This document shows, one piece after another, positions 27,372 to 36,716 of a DNA stretch of 64,000 bases. The position numbers were made by a program, and so were the translations under genes. Below the pieces are notes generated by a model. That model did no database searches, was not told the origin of the DNA, and worked only from the letters and a program-made list of their open reading frames with translations. How positions within the stretch are numbered: the stretch's first letter is position 1; each line of letters starts with the position of its first letter. The stretch comes from an uncultured Candidatus Micrarchaeota archaeon. GTDB taxonomy: Archaea; Micrarchaeota; Micrarchaeia; Micrarchaeales; Micrarchaeaceae. The stretch is from positions 32,001 to 96,000 of the forward strand of contig CAVUGN010000002.1 in assembly GCA_963741095.1 (NCBI GenBank), in the 5' to 3' direction.

Positions 27372-28697
27372 ATGAACAAAAAAGTAATTGTAATCGGGGC
27401 AGCGGGTCGCGACTTTCACGACTTCAACGTGCTATTCCGCAACAACAAAGATTATGATGTTGTTGCCTTCACCGCAAACCAGATTCCTTACATAAGCGAT
27501 AGAATGTACCCCAAAGAGCTTGCTGGCAAACTCTATCCCAAAGGGATAAAAATATATGATGAATCGGAGCTGCCAAAATTGATAAAGAAGTTTGACGTCG
27601 ACATCTGTGTACAAGCATACAGCGATCTTCCAGATGTGGAAGTGATGCACAAGGCAAGCATAGTAAACTCCAATGGCGCGGACTTCTGGCTTGTCTCTCC
27701 AGAGCACACTTACCTAAAATCAACAAAACCCATTATCGCAGTCTGTGCGGTAAGGACCGGCTGTGGTAAGAGCCAGACTTCAAGATACGTAGCCAATCTG
27801 ATACGCAAAGCAGGGCTCAGAGTCGTTGCAATAAGACATCCAATGCCCTATGGAGTGTTAAAGAATGAGCGAGTAGAGCGATTCGCTACCCTGAAAGACC
27901 TCGACAAATACAAGACTACTATCGAAGAGCGTGAGGACTACGAACCACACATACTGAACAAGACTGTCGTGTTTGCCGGAGTTGATTACGTCGACATACT
28001 ACACGCAGCGGAGAAAGAGGCGGACATAATAATATGGGATGGTGGGAACAACGATGCATCGTTCATAAAACCAGATATGCTGATAACAGTCGCAGATCCG
28101 CTCAGATCCGGCGATGAACTCACATACTATCCTGGAGAAACTGTTGCAAGGATGGCTGACGTGCTGCTGATCAACAAAATAAATTCAGCCACAAAAACTG
28201 AGATAAAAACAGTGGTCGAAGACCTCCGTTCAATAAACAAAAAAGCAAAAATCATGTATGCAAACTCAACAGTTACACCAGACAACCCGCGGATAATCAA
28301 AGGCAAAAAGGTGCTTGTCATAGAGGACGGGCCTTCGATAACACACGGAGGCATGCGAATTGGTGCTGGCAGCGTCGCAGCGAAGGAATACGGGGCAGGA
28401 GAGATAATATCCGCGAAGAAGTATGCAGTCGGTGCTATAAAAGAGGCATTTGAGAAGTACCCCAAACTTAACAAAGAGCTTCCGGCCATCGGCTACAGTC
28501 CAAAAGAAATAAGGGATCTTCAAGAAACAGTGAACCGGGCAGAATGCGATGTCGTTGTGTCCGCAACGCCCACAAACCTTAGGCACGTGATAAACATCAA
28601 CAAGCCGATTGTGCAGGTCTCCTACGAATTGAAGCCCGTAGGGGGCGATTTTGACAAGAAAATATTGAAATTTATCCGCGCAGCCAAGAAGGCATAA
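27372..28697 (+). CDS. arcE: COG2403 P-loop protein (cyclic 2,3-diphosphoglycerate synthetase-like), most like arginine synthetase ArcE
   Basis: 'GAAGRDFHDFN', 'AVRTGCGKSQTSR', 'IRHPMPYG', 'TIEEREDYEPH', 'WDGGNND', 'EDGPSITHGGM'. Confidence 0.75.
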   Translation: MNKKVIVIGAAGRDFHDFNVLFRNNKDYDVVAFTANQIPYISDRMYPKELAGKLYPKGIKIYDESELPKLIKKFDVDICVQAYSDLPDVEVMHKASIVNSNGADFWLVSPEHTYLKSTKPIIAVCAVRTGCGKSQTSRYVANLIRKAGLRVVAIRHPMPYGVLKNERVERFATLKDLDKYKTTIEEREDYEPHILNKTVVFAGVDYVDILHAAEKEADIIIWDGGNNDASFIKPDMLITVADPLRSGDELTYYPGETVARMADVLLINKINSATKTEIKTVVEDLRSINKKAKIMYANSTVTPDNPRIIKGKKVLVIEDGPSITHGGMRIGAGSVAAKEYGAGEIISAKKYAVGAIKEAFEKYPKLNKELPAIGYSPKEIRDLQETVNRAECDVVVSATPTNLRHVININKPIVQVSYELKPVGGDFDKKILKFIRAAKKA

Positions 28698-28765
28698 ACA
28701 CACATTTGCGGAACTAAGCATAAATGCTTAAATATCTAGTAAGGGGCTATTTATAACGTGGTAGA

Positions 28766-29845
28766 ATGGCAACTAAAACGCAGAATTTCCAATTAAGTAT
28801 CGGGGAAGTGAAGGTAACCAAAGACGAAAGAATGCAGCCTGGCGTCCGATTCGACATGCCAGATTTCAAATTAGGGGACAAAAAATATAATTTAGAAGTT
28901 GTAGGTGCCGATCGTATAAACGAAAAAGTCAAAGAGTGGCAAAAAAACCAAAAGTTCATGAATCTATACGCAAGCGCATATCTTTTTTCACCAGCATGGA
29001 ACCCATATATCAAAGAACAGTTAGCGGAAGAGCGCATAGTACGTAAACAGATCGAAGCGGAAAACAAAAAGGCAGTAGAAGAACATCATCCATTAAAACC
29101 AATACCGGAGAGCGAAGTTTTAAAACTTGTAAAATTATTTAAACAAGATCCCGATAAGGGCGTCGAAACACTCTTGGACCGAATAAACAACTACAAACGC
29201 CCATCCTCGTGGAGTGCTGGTGACGACGAAGTAATGACCTGGGTTATTGAACAATTAGATAAATATATACAAAGCAGAACATCCGGTGCGTTCCGAGAAC
29301 CAGAAGGTTATTACCCTGATGCGGCCATCTTTTATCAAGGATTAGTCAGACAAGGAAAAGGAATTATGGTGGCCATAAAAGATAAAGAAACCAATGAACT
29401 AACGGCAATGACCTTTCTGATTACTGGGAAAACGTGTATGAAGAACTCAACACCAACATCCAAAGAAGTCTTCAAACAAAAAATGGAAAACATGCATGCC
29501 GATCCAAACAAAACAGTATACGTTGCCGAGATGTTTATAGATCCAGAGCTCCGCAGCACTCCACGTAGTGGAAACATGATCAAACTGATGCTTAGGCAAA
29601 GCCAGCAATGGGCAGATGCGTATGCATTCACCCACATATTAAGCTGGACTCCTGGCGAAGAAGGTGACAAAACCAACCCCGTCATCAACATGGAAAACTT
29701 CTTCGGTCTCAAAAATCTCGGAGCGGAAGAACATGGCATCGACGTAAAAATGATAAAAGGAAGAATACGCTTTGCCCCCGGCCCAGATAACGCGCTATGG
29801 CGTGGCGTAGCACTAGACGATACCGTCAACACCGATCGACTCTAA
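28766..29845 (+). CDS. Hypothetical protein with possible C-terminal GNAT-like domain
   Basis: Long AT-rich ORF; 'TVYVAEMFIDPELRS' resembles GNAT motif A. Confidence 0.5.
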   Translation: MATKTQNFQLSIGEVKVTKDERMQPGVRFDMPDFKLGDKKYNLEVVGADRINEKVKEWQKNQKFMNLYASAYLFSPAWNPYIKEQLAEERIVRKQIEAENKKAVEEHHPLKPIPESEVLKLVKLFKQDPDKGVETLLDRINNYKRPSSWSAGDDEVMTWVIEQLDKYIQSRTSGAFREPEGYYPDAAIFYQGLVRQGKGIMVAIKDKETNELTAMTFLITGKTCMKNSTPTSKEVFKQKMENMHADPNKTVYVAEMFIDPELRSTPRSGNMIKLMLRQSQQWADAYAFTHILSWTPGEEGDKTNPVINMENFFGLKNLGAEEHGIDVKMIKGRIRFAPGPDNALWRGVALDDTVNTDRL

Positions 29846-29885
29846 TAAAAGTAATATCAATAAATCCAAAGTAATAATCGATGTA

Positions 29886-30584
29886 ATGGATGCCACGAAA
29901 GCCGGAACGCAAAGTGTAGCGGACATAGCGTCGCGATTGATGAGGCCGGACACCGAACTGCCTGTCAGTTCCGCGTTCTTCATGGGTATAAAGACCGCGA
30001 TTGCAGACGCTAAGCTGGCGCCGAAACGGGTCGCAGAGGACAAATATAGCATAAATGTGTACCGTACACCCGTACCGATCGACAAAGTGATTGCCTTCGG
30101 ATCGCAGAACATATCTCCTGCCCATCAGGGCGGCATTCGGTGGGCCGTGGATTTCTATGTCCCGGAAGGAACTTTGATACGCGCACCATGTCCTGGCTGG
30201 ATATTGGAAATCGTGCAAAAATTCGACGGGCATGGCACAACAATCGATTATTGGGCAAAGGGCAACGGCATATTCATCATGGGTAGCAAAGGCGAATACC
30301 TCTGGCTAGAACACCTGCAGCACAAGTTCGCCAAGGATCTGAAGTTGCATGTGGGGCAGAAGATGGGCTCTGACGAATTGGTAGGCATAAGCGGCAACAC
30401 TGGCATCACCGAAAAGCCGCACGTTCACATGGAAGTGCTTGAGTACGTGGGTAGCCGTTTCCTTTTCTACGAACGGCTCGGCTACCAGAATTACCTGACG
30501 AAGAAGATACGCTTCGACACCAAGGACATCCCCTTCGACCTCTATGTGAAGGAGAAGGAACTCCTTCTGCAGAAGCAGCCGTAA
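29886..30584 (+). CDS. M23 family metallopeptidase
   Basis: 'H…AVDFYVPEGTLIRAPCPG', 'GNGIFI', 'EHL', 'GISGNTGITEKPHVHMEV' (HxH). Confidence 0.85.
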   Translation: MDATKAGTQSVADIASRLMRPDTELPVSSAFFMGIKTAIADAKLAPKRVAEDKYSINVYRTPVPIDKVIAFGSQNISPAHQGGIRWAVDFYVPEGTLIRAPCPGWILEIVQKFDGHGTTIDYWAKGNGIFIMGSKGEYLWLEHLQHKFAKDLKLHVGQKMGSDELVGISGNTGITEKPHVHMEVLEYVGSRFLFYERLGYQNYLTKKIRFDTKDIPFDLYVKEKELLLQKQP

Positions 30585-30635
30585 ACAGAACACCAGAAAG
30601 TTTTATAAGCGGTGGCGACACTTATTAAACAACAT

Positions 30636-30743
30636 GGATTCGTAGCTCAGTTAGGTCAGAGCGGCTGGCTCTTAACCAGTAGGTCGGGGGTCCAAATTGT
30701 CTTTTGAGTAACCTCAACAGGCATGAAAATCCCCCCGAATCCG
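30636..30743 (+). tRNA. tRNA-Lys(CUU) with 33-nt intron in the T-loop (~30698-30730)
   Basis: GGATTCG/CGAATCC acceptor, GCTGG CT CTT AA CCAGT, GGGGG TCCAAAT [hairpin intron] CCCCC; 75-nt mature. Confidence 0.85.
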
Positions 30744-30818
30744 CATGCTTACGTCATTAATCAAACCTGCACGAGAGCTTTATATATCTATAGCGCGTCA
30801 GTCAATCCTTGTGATAAG

Positions 30819-31526
30819 GTGGCCACCGTATATGTCGACAAATCCGCGCTCGGTGCGCTAGTCAACGAACTATCCAGTCCAGCAAAGGCAATAGCCGAAT
30901 CCATAATCCACAACCACGGTATGGCGAATTGGCTTCACAGAGACCTGAATCCCGAAGTCAGGGCAATAGCCGTGCAGTGCGAGAAAAACATGCTATTTGA
31001 AGATGCAGGAAAAATATACGAGCGCCTGCGCGATCCGGAGAACGCCATAATTGCGTATTCACGGGGAAATCTTTACCTTCGTGCAGCGAATCTCAGCATA
31101 ACAATCGGCAAAACCGAAGCCGCAAAAGCGTTTGCCAAGAAGCTCGAGCAGGAGAATACCAGCGAAGCGCTGGATGTCTACAAGACCCTTGGCGACGTAG
31201 CTGGCATCAGAAGGACAACCGAGGCAATAGAGACAAAACAACCATACGCCGCGGGACTAGGGTACATAGCCATTGGCGATAAAGAGGGCGCAAGCCGGTG
31301 CGCCGACGCTCTGGAAGTCATGGTGCAGCAACTTCCTGATAAGAAAGAAGACTTGAAGTCTAAGGTTGCCTATCTCCGCACGCACGCCGGCGAACACGAA
31401 GCCGCAGCAGCGATTTACCGTGAAAAAGGTGTGGAGGATATGGCAAACTCCCTCCTGCGGCAAAGCACGCAAACGACCCCGTATTCTCCAGGCATAAAAA
31501 TCCGGGGCGAAGACACTCTCTATTAA
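30819..31526 (+). CDS. Hypothetical alpha-helical repeat (TPR-like) protein
   Basis: Repeated 'AxxxYExLxDxExA', 'AxxxYxxxGD' helical pattern; start placed at GTG downstream of the tRNA. Confidence 0.55.
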   Translation: MATVYVDKSALGALVNELSSPAKAIAESIIHNHGMANWLHRDLNPEVRAIAVQCEKNMLFEDAGKIYERLRDPENAIIAYSRGNLYLRAANLSITIGKTEAAKAFAKKLEQENTSEALDVYKTLGDVAGIRRTTEAIETKQPYAAGLGYIAIGDKEGASRCADALEVMVQQLPDKKEDLKSKVAYLRTHAGEHEAAAAIYREKGVEDMANSLLRQSTQTTPYSPGIKIRGEDTLY

Positions 31527-32695
31527 GGCTGCATCCAGTCTATCTCGTAATACTCGTAATCGCTGCCCTCCAATTCTATCATTCTGACCTTGTAATAGGT
31601 CACAGCGGTCTCCCTGTCTGCTATTGCAATTATCAGTTCTAGCTTCTGCTCCTTCGCCTCGTTTATTATCGCGGACAGCTCGCTGCCTCCAATGTACTCC
31701 TCTTCGCCCAAGGAAAGCATGCCGTATCTCGGCCTGTTCTCGCTCGGCGTCTCTATCCCTGCTCCTTTTCTGTGGTAAAGCACGAAGTCTATCGCGAGCC
31801 CCTTCCTCCTGCTCTTGCCTGGTATCGCGAGTATGAAGGTCTTCCTGACGGAGTGCGCGACCCTTATGGCCCTTGCCCACTCCGAAATAAGCAGCTTCGC
31901 GTCCCTCGGAAAGACGTGTATGACATGCTTCGAGTGAATCCATGAATTGTCGTCGTCGGCCTTGACCGGCTTCGCGCCCGGGAAGTAAACCCTGAAGTGC
32001 GTGCCGAACTTGAACCCGGTCTTTATCACATAACCCCTGCTGCGCCAGTCCGCGTAGACTTGGTAGAGCTTCATGAAGTCTGATCTTCTCTTCTCCGCGA
32101 TGTCGAGTATCTGCTTCCTGGTGTAATTCCGAACCTTCAGGATGCCTTTGTCGATGAGAAAAACAGTTTCGTATATATCGAGCTTGTTGAGCCTGCCCCG
32201 TTCGCTGACTTTGTATGTGCCGTACTGCCCGAACCAGAAGCCGTTGTATATTGCCTTTCCCTTCTCATCGTCGTCGACAATGGTCGTCATGTCCGCCGGG
32301 AAGAAGACGCCCTCCAAATTGATGCGCCCTAGCTTCAGCGGCGATGCGTTGTATCTCTTCAGCTGCGCCTTCGCCCCCTCTCCAACGAGCCCGGAAGGCC
32401 TCTTAATCACCAATCCGCGATCTCTCCAGTCCTTGTAAGTGAAATACCGTGCCATGAACTTGCTGCTAGCGCTGAATTTCAGGGCTATGTCGTTGAATGA
32501 TACCTCATTGCCGCTCTGCACCGACTTGCACGAGGCGTGCCTCACGTCTATCAGGTACAACCCCTCTTCGGGAGTCAGGATAAGCTTGTCCTTCTCTAAT
32601 GCCCCGAAATAGCCCCCATGCAGGATGTCCTTCGTCGACTGGTCAGTGGCAAATATGGTCTTTGTCTTCTCATCGAACAACAATTCCAGCGTCAT
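31523..32695 (-). CDS. endA: tRNA splicing endonuclease, three-unit (epsilon-type) architecture
   Basis: ~390 aa; duplicated units 'YFTYKDWRDRGLVIK' and catalytic 'VYADWRSRGYVIKTGFKFGTHFRVY…HSKH…RVAHSVRK'. Confidence 0.9.
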   Translation of the reverse strand: MTLELLFDEKTKTIFATDQSTKDILHGGYFGALEKDKLILTPEEGLYLIDVRHASCKSVQSGNEVSFNDIALKFSASSKFMARYFTYKDWRDRGLVIKRPSGLVGEGAKAQLKRYNASPLKLGRINLEGVFFPADMTTIVDDDEKGKAIYNGFWFGQYGTYKVSERGRLNKLDIYETVFLIDKGILKVRNYTRKQILDIAEKRRSDFMKLYQVYADWRSRGYVIKTGFKFGTHFRVYFPGAKPVKADDDNSWIHSKHVIHVFPRDAKLLISEWARAIRVAHSVRKTFILAIPGKSRRKGLAIDFVLYHRKGAGIETPSENRPRYGMLSLGEEEYIGGSELSAIINEAKEQKLELIIAIADRETAVTYYKVRMIELEGSDYEYYEIDWMQP

Positions 32696-32700
32696 AAGAT

Positions 32701-33471
32701 CTAATCCATTGACTTGCACATCGCCGTCACTATCTCCTTTTCAATGCTTGTCATCTTCGCAGGCACGATTATCACCGAAGGCCCGCCGAGCTCCAAGGTC
32801 TTCGCCTTTTCAATGCTGGCGAAGAGCTTCTGCTGCCTCTCCGATGACAGGCAATTGAGCACAATTATCTTCGTGTCCTCCTTTATTATACCCGATTTGT
32901 AGTGTTTCTCCGCCTTTTCCAATATGCTGATTGACTCCTTTATGCTCAAAGAGGCGGCCAGCTCTTGGCTGTAATCCAGCAGCAGGAGCGAATGCAGGTT
33001 GTTCTCAATGTTCCTCCGCAGGGTCTCGTAAAAAGACACTGGCGCGTAGTGCGCGCTCCACTTCGGTATCGTGGCTATGGCGCCAAACCTGTAGAAGTCA
33101 AGTCCGCTCTCGCCTATCGCGGCGGTCAGCACGGAATTCGAATGGATCACCTCAACCTCCACATTCCTCTTCCTTGCCTCTATGAACAATATCTTGTGGG
33201 TCGTTGCCATTAGCGGATCCCCGCCGATGAGCACGGCGACGTCCCTATCGACCGCTTTTGAGACTATGTCCTTTGCACCCTCCTCCATGTCCCTCCTTAC
33301 GAGCACCTTTATCGTGGACTTGCCAGAAAGCTTCTTTATGAGATTAAGATGATCGTCGTCGACGAGGCAGGTGTACCTGTCGACCATCAGCTCGCTCCTC
33401 TTGCAGGCGTCTATGGCCCTCAGCGAGAGGTCATTGCCCGTCAGGCCTATTCCAACTAGAAACAGCATCAC
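32701..33471 (-). CDS. dph5: Diphthine synthase
   Basis: 'LFLVGIGL', 'GDPLMATTH', 'GESGLDFYRFG', 'NLHSLLLLD'. Confidence 0.92.
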   Translation of the reverse strand: MMLFLVGIGLTGNDLSLRAIDACKRSELMVDRYTCLVDDDHLNLIKKLSGKSTIKVLVRRDMEEGAKDIVSKAVDRDVAVLIGGDPLMATTHKILFIEARKRNVEVEVIHSNSVLTAAIGESGLDFYRFGAIATIPKWSAHYAPVSFYETLRRNIENNLHSLLLLDYSQELAASLSIKESISILEKAEKHYKSGIIKEDTKIIVLNCLSSERQQKLFASIEKAKTLELGGPSVIIVPAKMTSIEKEIVTAMCKSMD

Positions 33472-33472
33472 A

Positions 33473-34423
33473 TCAGTCTTTTATGCCTGCAGGCGTTATC
33501 TTCATCACGCATTCGCCTTCCGGCATGTTCGGCGAATCGACAAGCCTCACAATCCTCTTGTCCTCCTTGCTCTTCCTGAGGTATAGCCTTGTAGTGGCCG
33601 CATGGGCGAGTATGTTGCCCCCAATCGGCGTCGTAGGGTCCCCAAACAGCATTCCAGGGTTGTCCATGACCTGGTTAGTGATATAAACAGCCAGGTCGTG
33701 CTTGTCAGCGAGCATCTGGAGCGCGTGTATGTGCTGGTTGAGCTTCTGCTGCCTCTCACCCAATGCACCCCTGCCTATGTACTCCGACCTGAACAGGCTC
33801 ATAAGCGAGTCAACTATGACCAGTTTTATGTTCTTTTCGACTATCAGCTTGTCAGCCCTCTTGACCGCCAGCACCTGCTCGTCGGTCGTAAGAGCCCTGA
33901 TGACCATTATGCCCTCAAGAGCCTTCTCCGGCTCAAGCCCCCTGGCCTTTGCTATGCTCTCTATTCGCTCCGGCCTGAACGTTCCTTCCGTGTCTATGAA
34001 CAAGCATCCGCCTTCCAAGCCGCCCTCGCTCTTGGGCAGCTGCACGTCAACTGCAAGCTGGAAGCCGAGCTGCGACTTTCCGCTCGCGAACCTTCCATAA
34101 GTCTCAGTTATAGCCCCTGTCTCTATCCCTCCACCTATGAGTTCATCCAAATCCTTGCAATTGGTGCTTATCTTGCCCAGCTCCTTCCTCTTCTCGGAGA
34201 CCTGGGTTCCTGTCTGATAATTCAGCGTTACTGCATCATTGGCCGCCTTTATCGCTTCCGTGGCCTTCTCTACGTTTATGCCGCTCAGCTCGCTCAATTC
34301 GTGGGGGGACATCGTGGCTATCTTGTCAAGAGTGTCGACCCCTGCGGCCTTAAGCTTCTCTGCAGTAGTGGGGCCTATTCCAGGCAGGTCCTCTAGAACC
34401 TCTATATCCTTCTCCTTTGCCAT
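33473..34423 (-). CDS. radA: DNA repair and recombination protein RadA
   Basis: HhH 'LPGIGPTTAEKL', Walker A 'GRFASGKSQ', 'IDTEGTFRPER', 'RQQKLN', 'PIGGNILAH'. Confidence 0.97.
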   Translation of the reverse strand: MAKEKDIEVLEDLPGIGPTTAEKLKAAGVDTLDKIATMSPHELSELSGINVEKATEAIKAANDAVTLNYQTGTQVSEKRKELGKISTNCKDLDELIGGGIETGAITETYGRFASGKSQLGFQLAVDVQLPKSEGGLEGGCLFIDTEGTFRPERIESIAKARGLEPEKALEGIMVIRALTTDEQVLAVKRADKLIVEKNIKLVIVDSLMSLFRSEYIGRGALGERQQKLNQHIHALQMLADKHDLAVYITNQVMDNPGMLFGDPTTPIGGNILAHAATTRLYLRKSKEDKRIVRLVDSPNMPEGECVMKITPAGIKD

Positions 34424-34494
34424 GGAAACACGATATAAAATGAACGAATAAGTATTTAAGCCTTGGAAATACAGGAATAACACGTTAGCGATAA

Positions 34495-34578
34495 AGAAGA
34501 AATAGTGCCAGCGCGGCGAACCACGCTGGCAAGGCGACCAGTTCTTCACGACTTTCCTACAGTAGAGAACCCGTGATT
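34495..34578 (-). ncRNA. Candidate small structured RNA (UUCG-capped hairpin)
   Basis: Minus strand TGCCAGCGTGG-TTCG-CCGCGCTGGCA 11-bp stem, second imperfect stem GTTCT…AGAAC, upstream TTTTAAG box, downstream U-rich tract. Confidence 0.35.
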
Positions 34579-34648
34579 TACATTACAAAATATAGGCTTA
34601 AAAACCTATGTTAATAATGGAATAATACCACAAAAATGGAATGTTCAA

Positions 34649-35353
34649 ATGACCTTTCTGACGTTAAATTTCAAGGGTGCACTGCTGACTCTAATCCTAG
34701 GGATAGCCTTTTTCGAGATCGGATTAGACATAGGTTACTTCTTCGTTGCTGTGATGCTATTATTCCTCATCCTGGCCGCAATCGTCACGGCTGTCGGAGC
34801 CAACTACAAGAAGAGAATAGGCACCTTTCAGAAGTACCGCGGAGTCAAAAACGTGCTTGCAAACGGCCTTGCGCCGTTCATGATGGCGTCGCTGTTCTTC
34901 TGGACTGCCACGCATGGTTATCCAACGATTGCAATGCTGTCCATCATAGCATTCGTGGGGAGCGTTGCGGCCGCCACGGCAGACAAGTTCGCCAGCGAGC
35001 TCGGAGTGTTCGGCGGCATGCCCCGGCTGATATTCACATCAAGGAAGGTGAAGCGCGGGGTCTCCGGCGGCGTGACTCCGCTCGGACTTAACGCCAGTCT
35101 CATCGGCGCCTTCCTCATCGCATTGACAGTGCCGCTGATCGCTTACAAGCTAGGCGGTATGGGAAGCATGTACTACTTCAACCCCTTCTTCACCATACTC
35201 GGCATAACGATCGCCGGTCTGCTGGGCAGCATAGTTGACTCAATGCTAGGCTATTATGAGGAAAAGGGCATCGGCAACAAGTCCACCTCCAACTTCGTCT
35301 GCGGGCTTGTGGGTGCCATAGCAGCGGTCCTGGTCTACATCCTCCTGCTCTGA
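34649..35353 (+). CDS. DUF92 (TMEM19) family membrane protein
   Basis: 'RGVKNVLANG', 'AAATADKFASELG', 'GVSGGVTPLG', 'GSIVDSMLG'. Confidence 0.9.
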   Translation: MTFLTLNFKGALLTLILGIAFFEIGLDIGYFFVAVMLLFLILAAIVTAVGANYKKRIGTFQKYRGVKNVLANGLAPFMMASLFFWTATHGYPTIAMLSIIAFVGSVAAATADKFASELGVFGGMPRLIFTSRKVKRGVSGGVTPLGLNASLIGAFLIALTVPLIAYKLGGMGSMYYFNPFFTILGITIAGLLGSIVDSMLGYYEEKGIGNKSTSNFVCGLVGAIAAVLVYILLL

Positions 35354-35357
35354 AGCC

Positions 35358-36650
35358 TTATGGAGTCAGCCGCTTCCTGTCCCTCGGGAACAGCGAGCAT
35401 TCGCGTATGTTCTGCGCGCCCGTGATCTGCATGGTCATCCTTTCGAGGCCTATGCTCCAGCCGGCGTGCGGCGGAGCGCCGCACCTGAAGGCGTTTATGT
35501 AGAAATCGAAGTGCTTCGGGTTCAATCCCTTCTTCTCCAAAGACTTGATCAGCAAATCCGGCTTGTGTATACGCTGCGCGCCGCTCGTTATCTCAAGGCC
35601 CTTGTAGATGAAGTCGAAGCTGTTCGTCAATTCCGGGTCCTCTTCCTTCGGCATCGAGTAGAAGGCCCTTAAAGAAGCCGGGAAGTCCTTCACGACAACC
35701 GCATCGCCGTAGATCTTCTGCAGCGCGGTCTCATGGCCCCTTGAGATGTCGTGGCCGAACTCTATCTCGAATCCCTTCGTCTTCAGCTTTTCAATCGCCT
35801 CAGAATAGGTCACTGTCTTGACCTCCGGCACCTTCAAGTCGACTTTCAAGAGTTCCAGCTCCTTCTTGTTGTTCTCCTTGACGCTCCTTATTATCGAAAG
35901 AACGGTCTCGGAAAGCACCTTGATCGCGTCGTCCGAACCGGACACGAAGGCCATCTCAATATCCATCTGCGTGCATTCCGTCAGGTGGTAGACTGTGTTG
36001 GACTTCTCCGCCCTGAACGCCGGCGTTATCATGAACACCCTATCCATGCCTCCGACTATCGCCAACTGCTTGTACAACTGCGGCGACTGCGCCAGGTAAG
36101 CCGCCTTCTCGAAGTACGCTATAGGGAAGAGGTCGCTGCCTCCCTCGCTCGCCTCCGCGATCATGCTCGGCGTGCGGATCTCCTCGAATCCCATGCCGGA
36201 CACCGCATTCTTGAAGGCGTTCAATACGGTCGATTCTACTCTAAATATTGCCGTAGGCTCGGCCCTTCTTAGGTCGATGTACCTGTAGTTCAGCCTTACA
36301 TCAAGGTCGACCGGCACCTTGCCCGTGACCTCAAAAGGTATGTTTATCGATAATGGATTGAGGTCCTCGACCTCGTTCGGCAGGATCTCGAATCCGGCCT
36401 TCGCCTCCCCGCTGGCCTTCACAACGCCGGTCACCCTGACAACGCTCTCCTTTGGCAGGTCCATCGCCTTCATCACTGTCTCGCTCGTGACTCCCTTCTT
36501 GCCTATGACCTGCAGCGTGCCGGTGGTATCCCTCAGAATGAGAAACTTGATCTTAGCGGTATCCCTGACCTCATGAACCCAGCCCGCGACTGTGACGGTC
36601 TTGCCATCAAGCGCGCCGGTTACCTCTTTAACATAATGAGTCCTTATCAT
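35358..36650 (-). CDS. aspS: Aspartyl-tRNA synthetase (archaeal type, probably non-discriminating)
   Basis: OB domain 'VAGWVHEVRD', 'YLAQSPQLYKQ', 'FRAEKSNT', 'EITSGAQRIH', 'FPRDRKRLTP'. Confidence 0.95.
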   Translation of the reverse strand: MIRTHYVKEVTGALDGKTVTVAGWVHEVRDTAKIKFLILRDTTGTLQVIGKKGVTSETVMKAMDLPKESVVRVTGVVKASGEAKAGFEILPNEVEDLNPLSINIPFEVTGKVPVDLDVRLNYRYIDLRRAEPTAIFRVESTVLNAFKNAVSGMGFEEIRTPSMIAEASEGGSDLFPIAYFEKAAYLAQSPQLYKQLAIVGGMDRVFMITPAFRAEKSNTVYHLTECTQMDIEMAFVSGSDDAIKVLSETVLSIIRSVKENNKKELELLKVDLKVPEVKTVTYSEAIEKLKTKGFEIEFGHDISRGHETALQKIYGDAVVVKDFPASLRAFYSMPKEEDPELTNSFDFIYKGLEITSGAQRIHKPDLLIKSLEKKGLNPKHFDFYINAFRCGAPPHAGWSIGLERMTMQITGAQNIRECSLFPRDRKRLTP

Positions 36651-36716
36651 TCGACCATCTCTATTAGATTAGACAATAATGTTTAAAAACATCCTCGCCT
36701 TAATAATATTGTTCGA

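Noticed and set aside
25225-30743. Integrated mobile element between tRNAs
   Set aside because: No integrase, transposase, terminal repeats or duplicated tRNA 3' end found; retained only as a variable patch
30723-30818. ORF-track start of the TPR-like gene
   Set aside because: The ATG lies inside the tRNA-Lys intron; GTG at 30819 is more plausible
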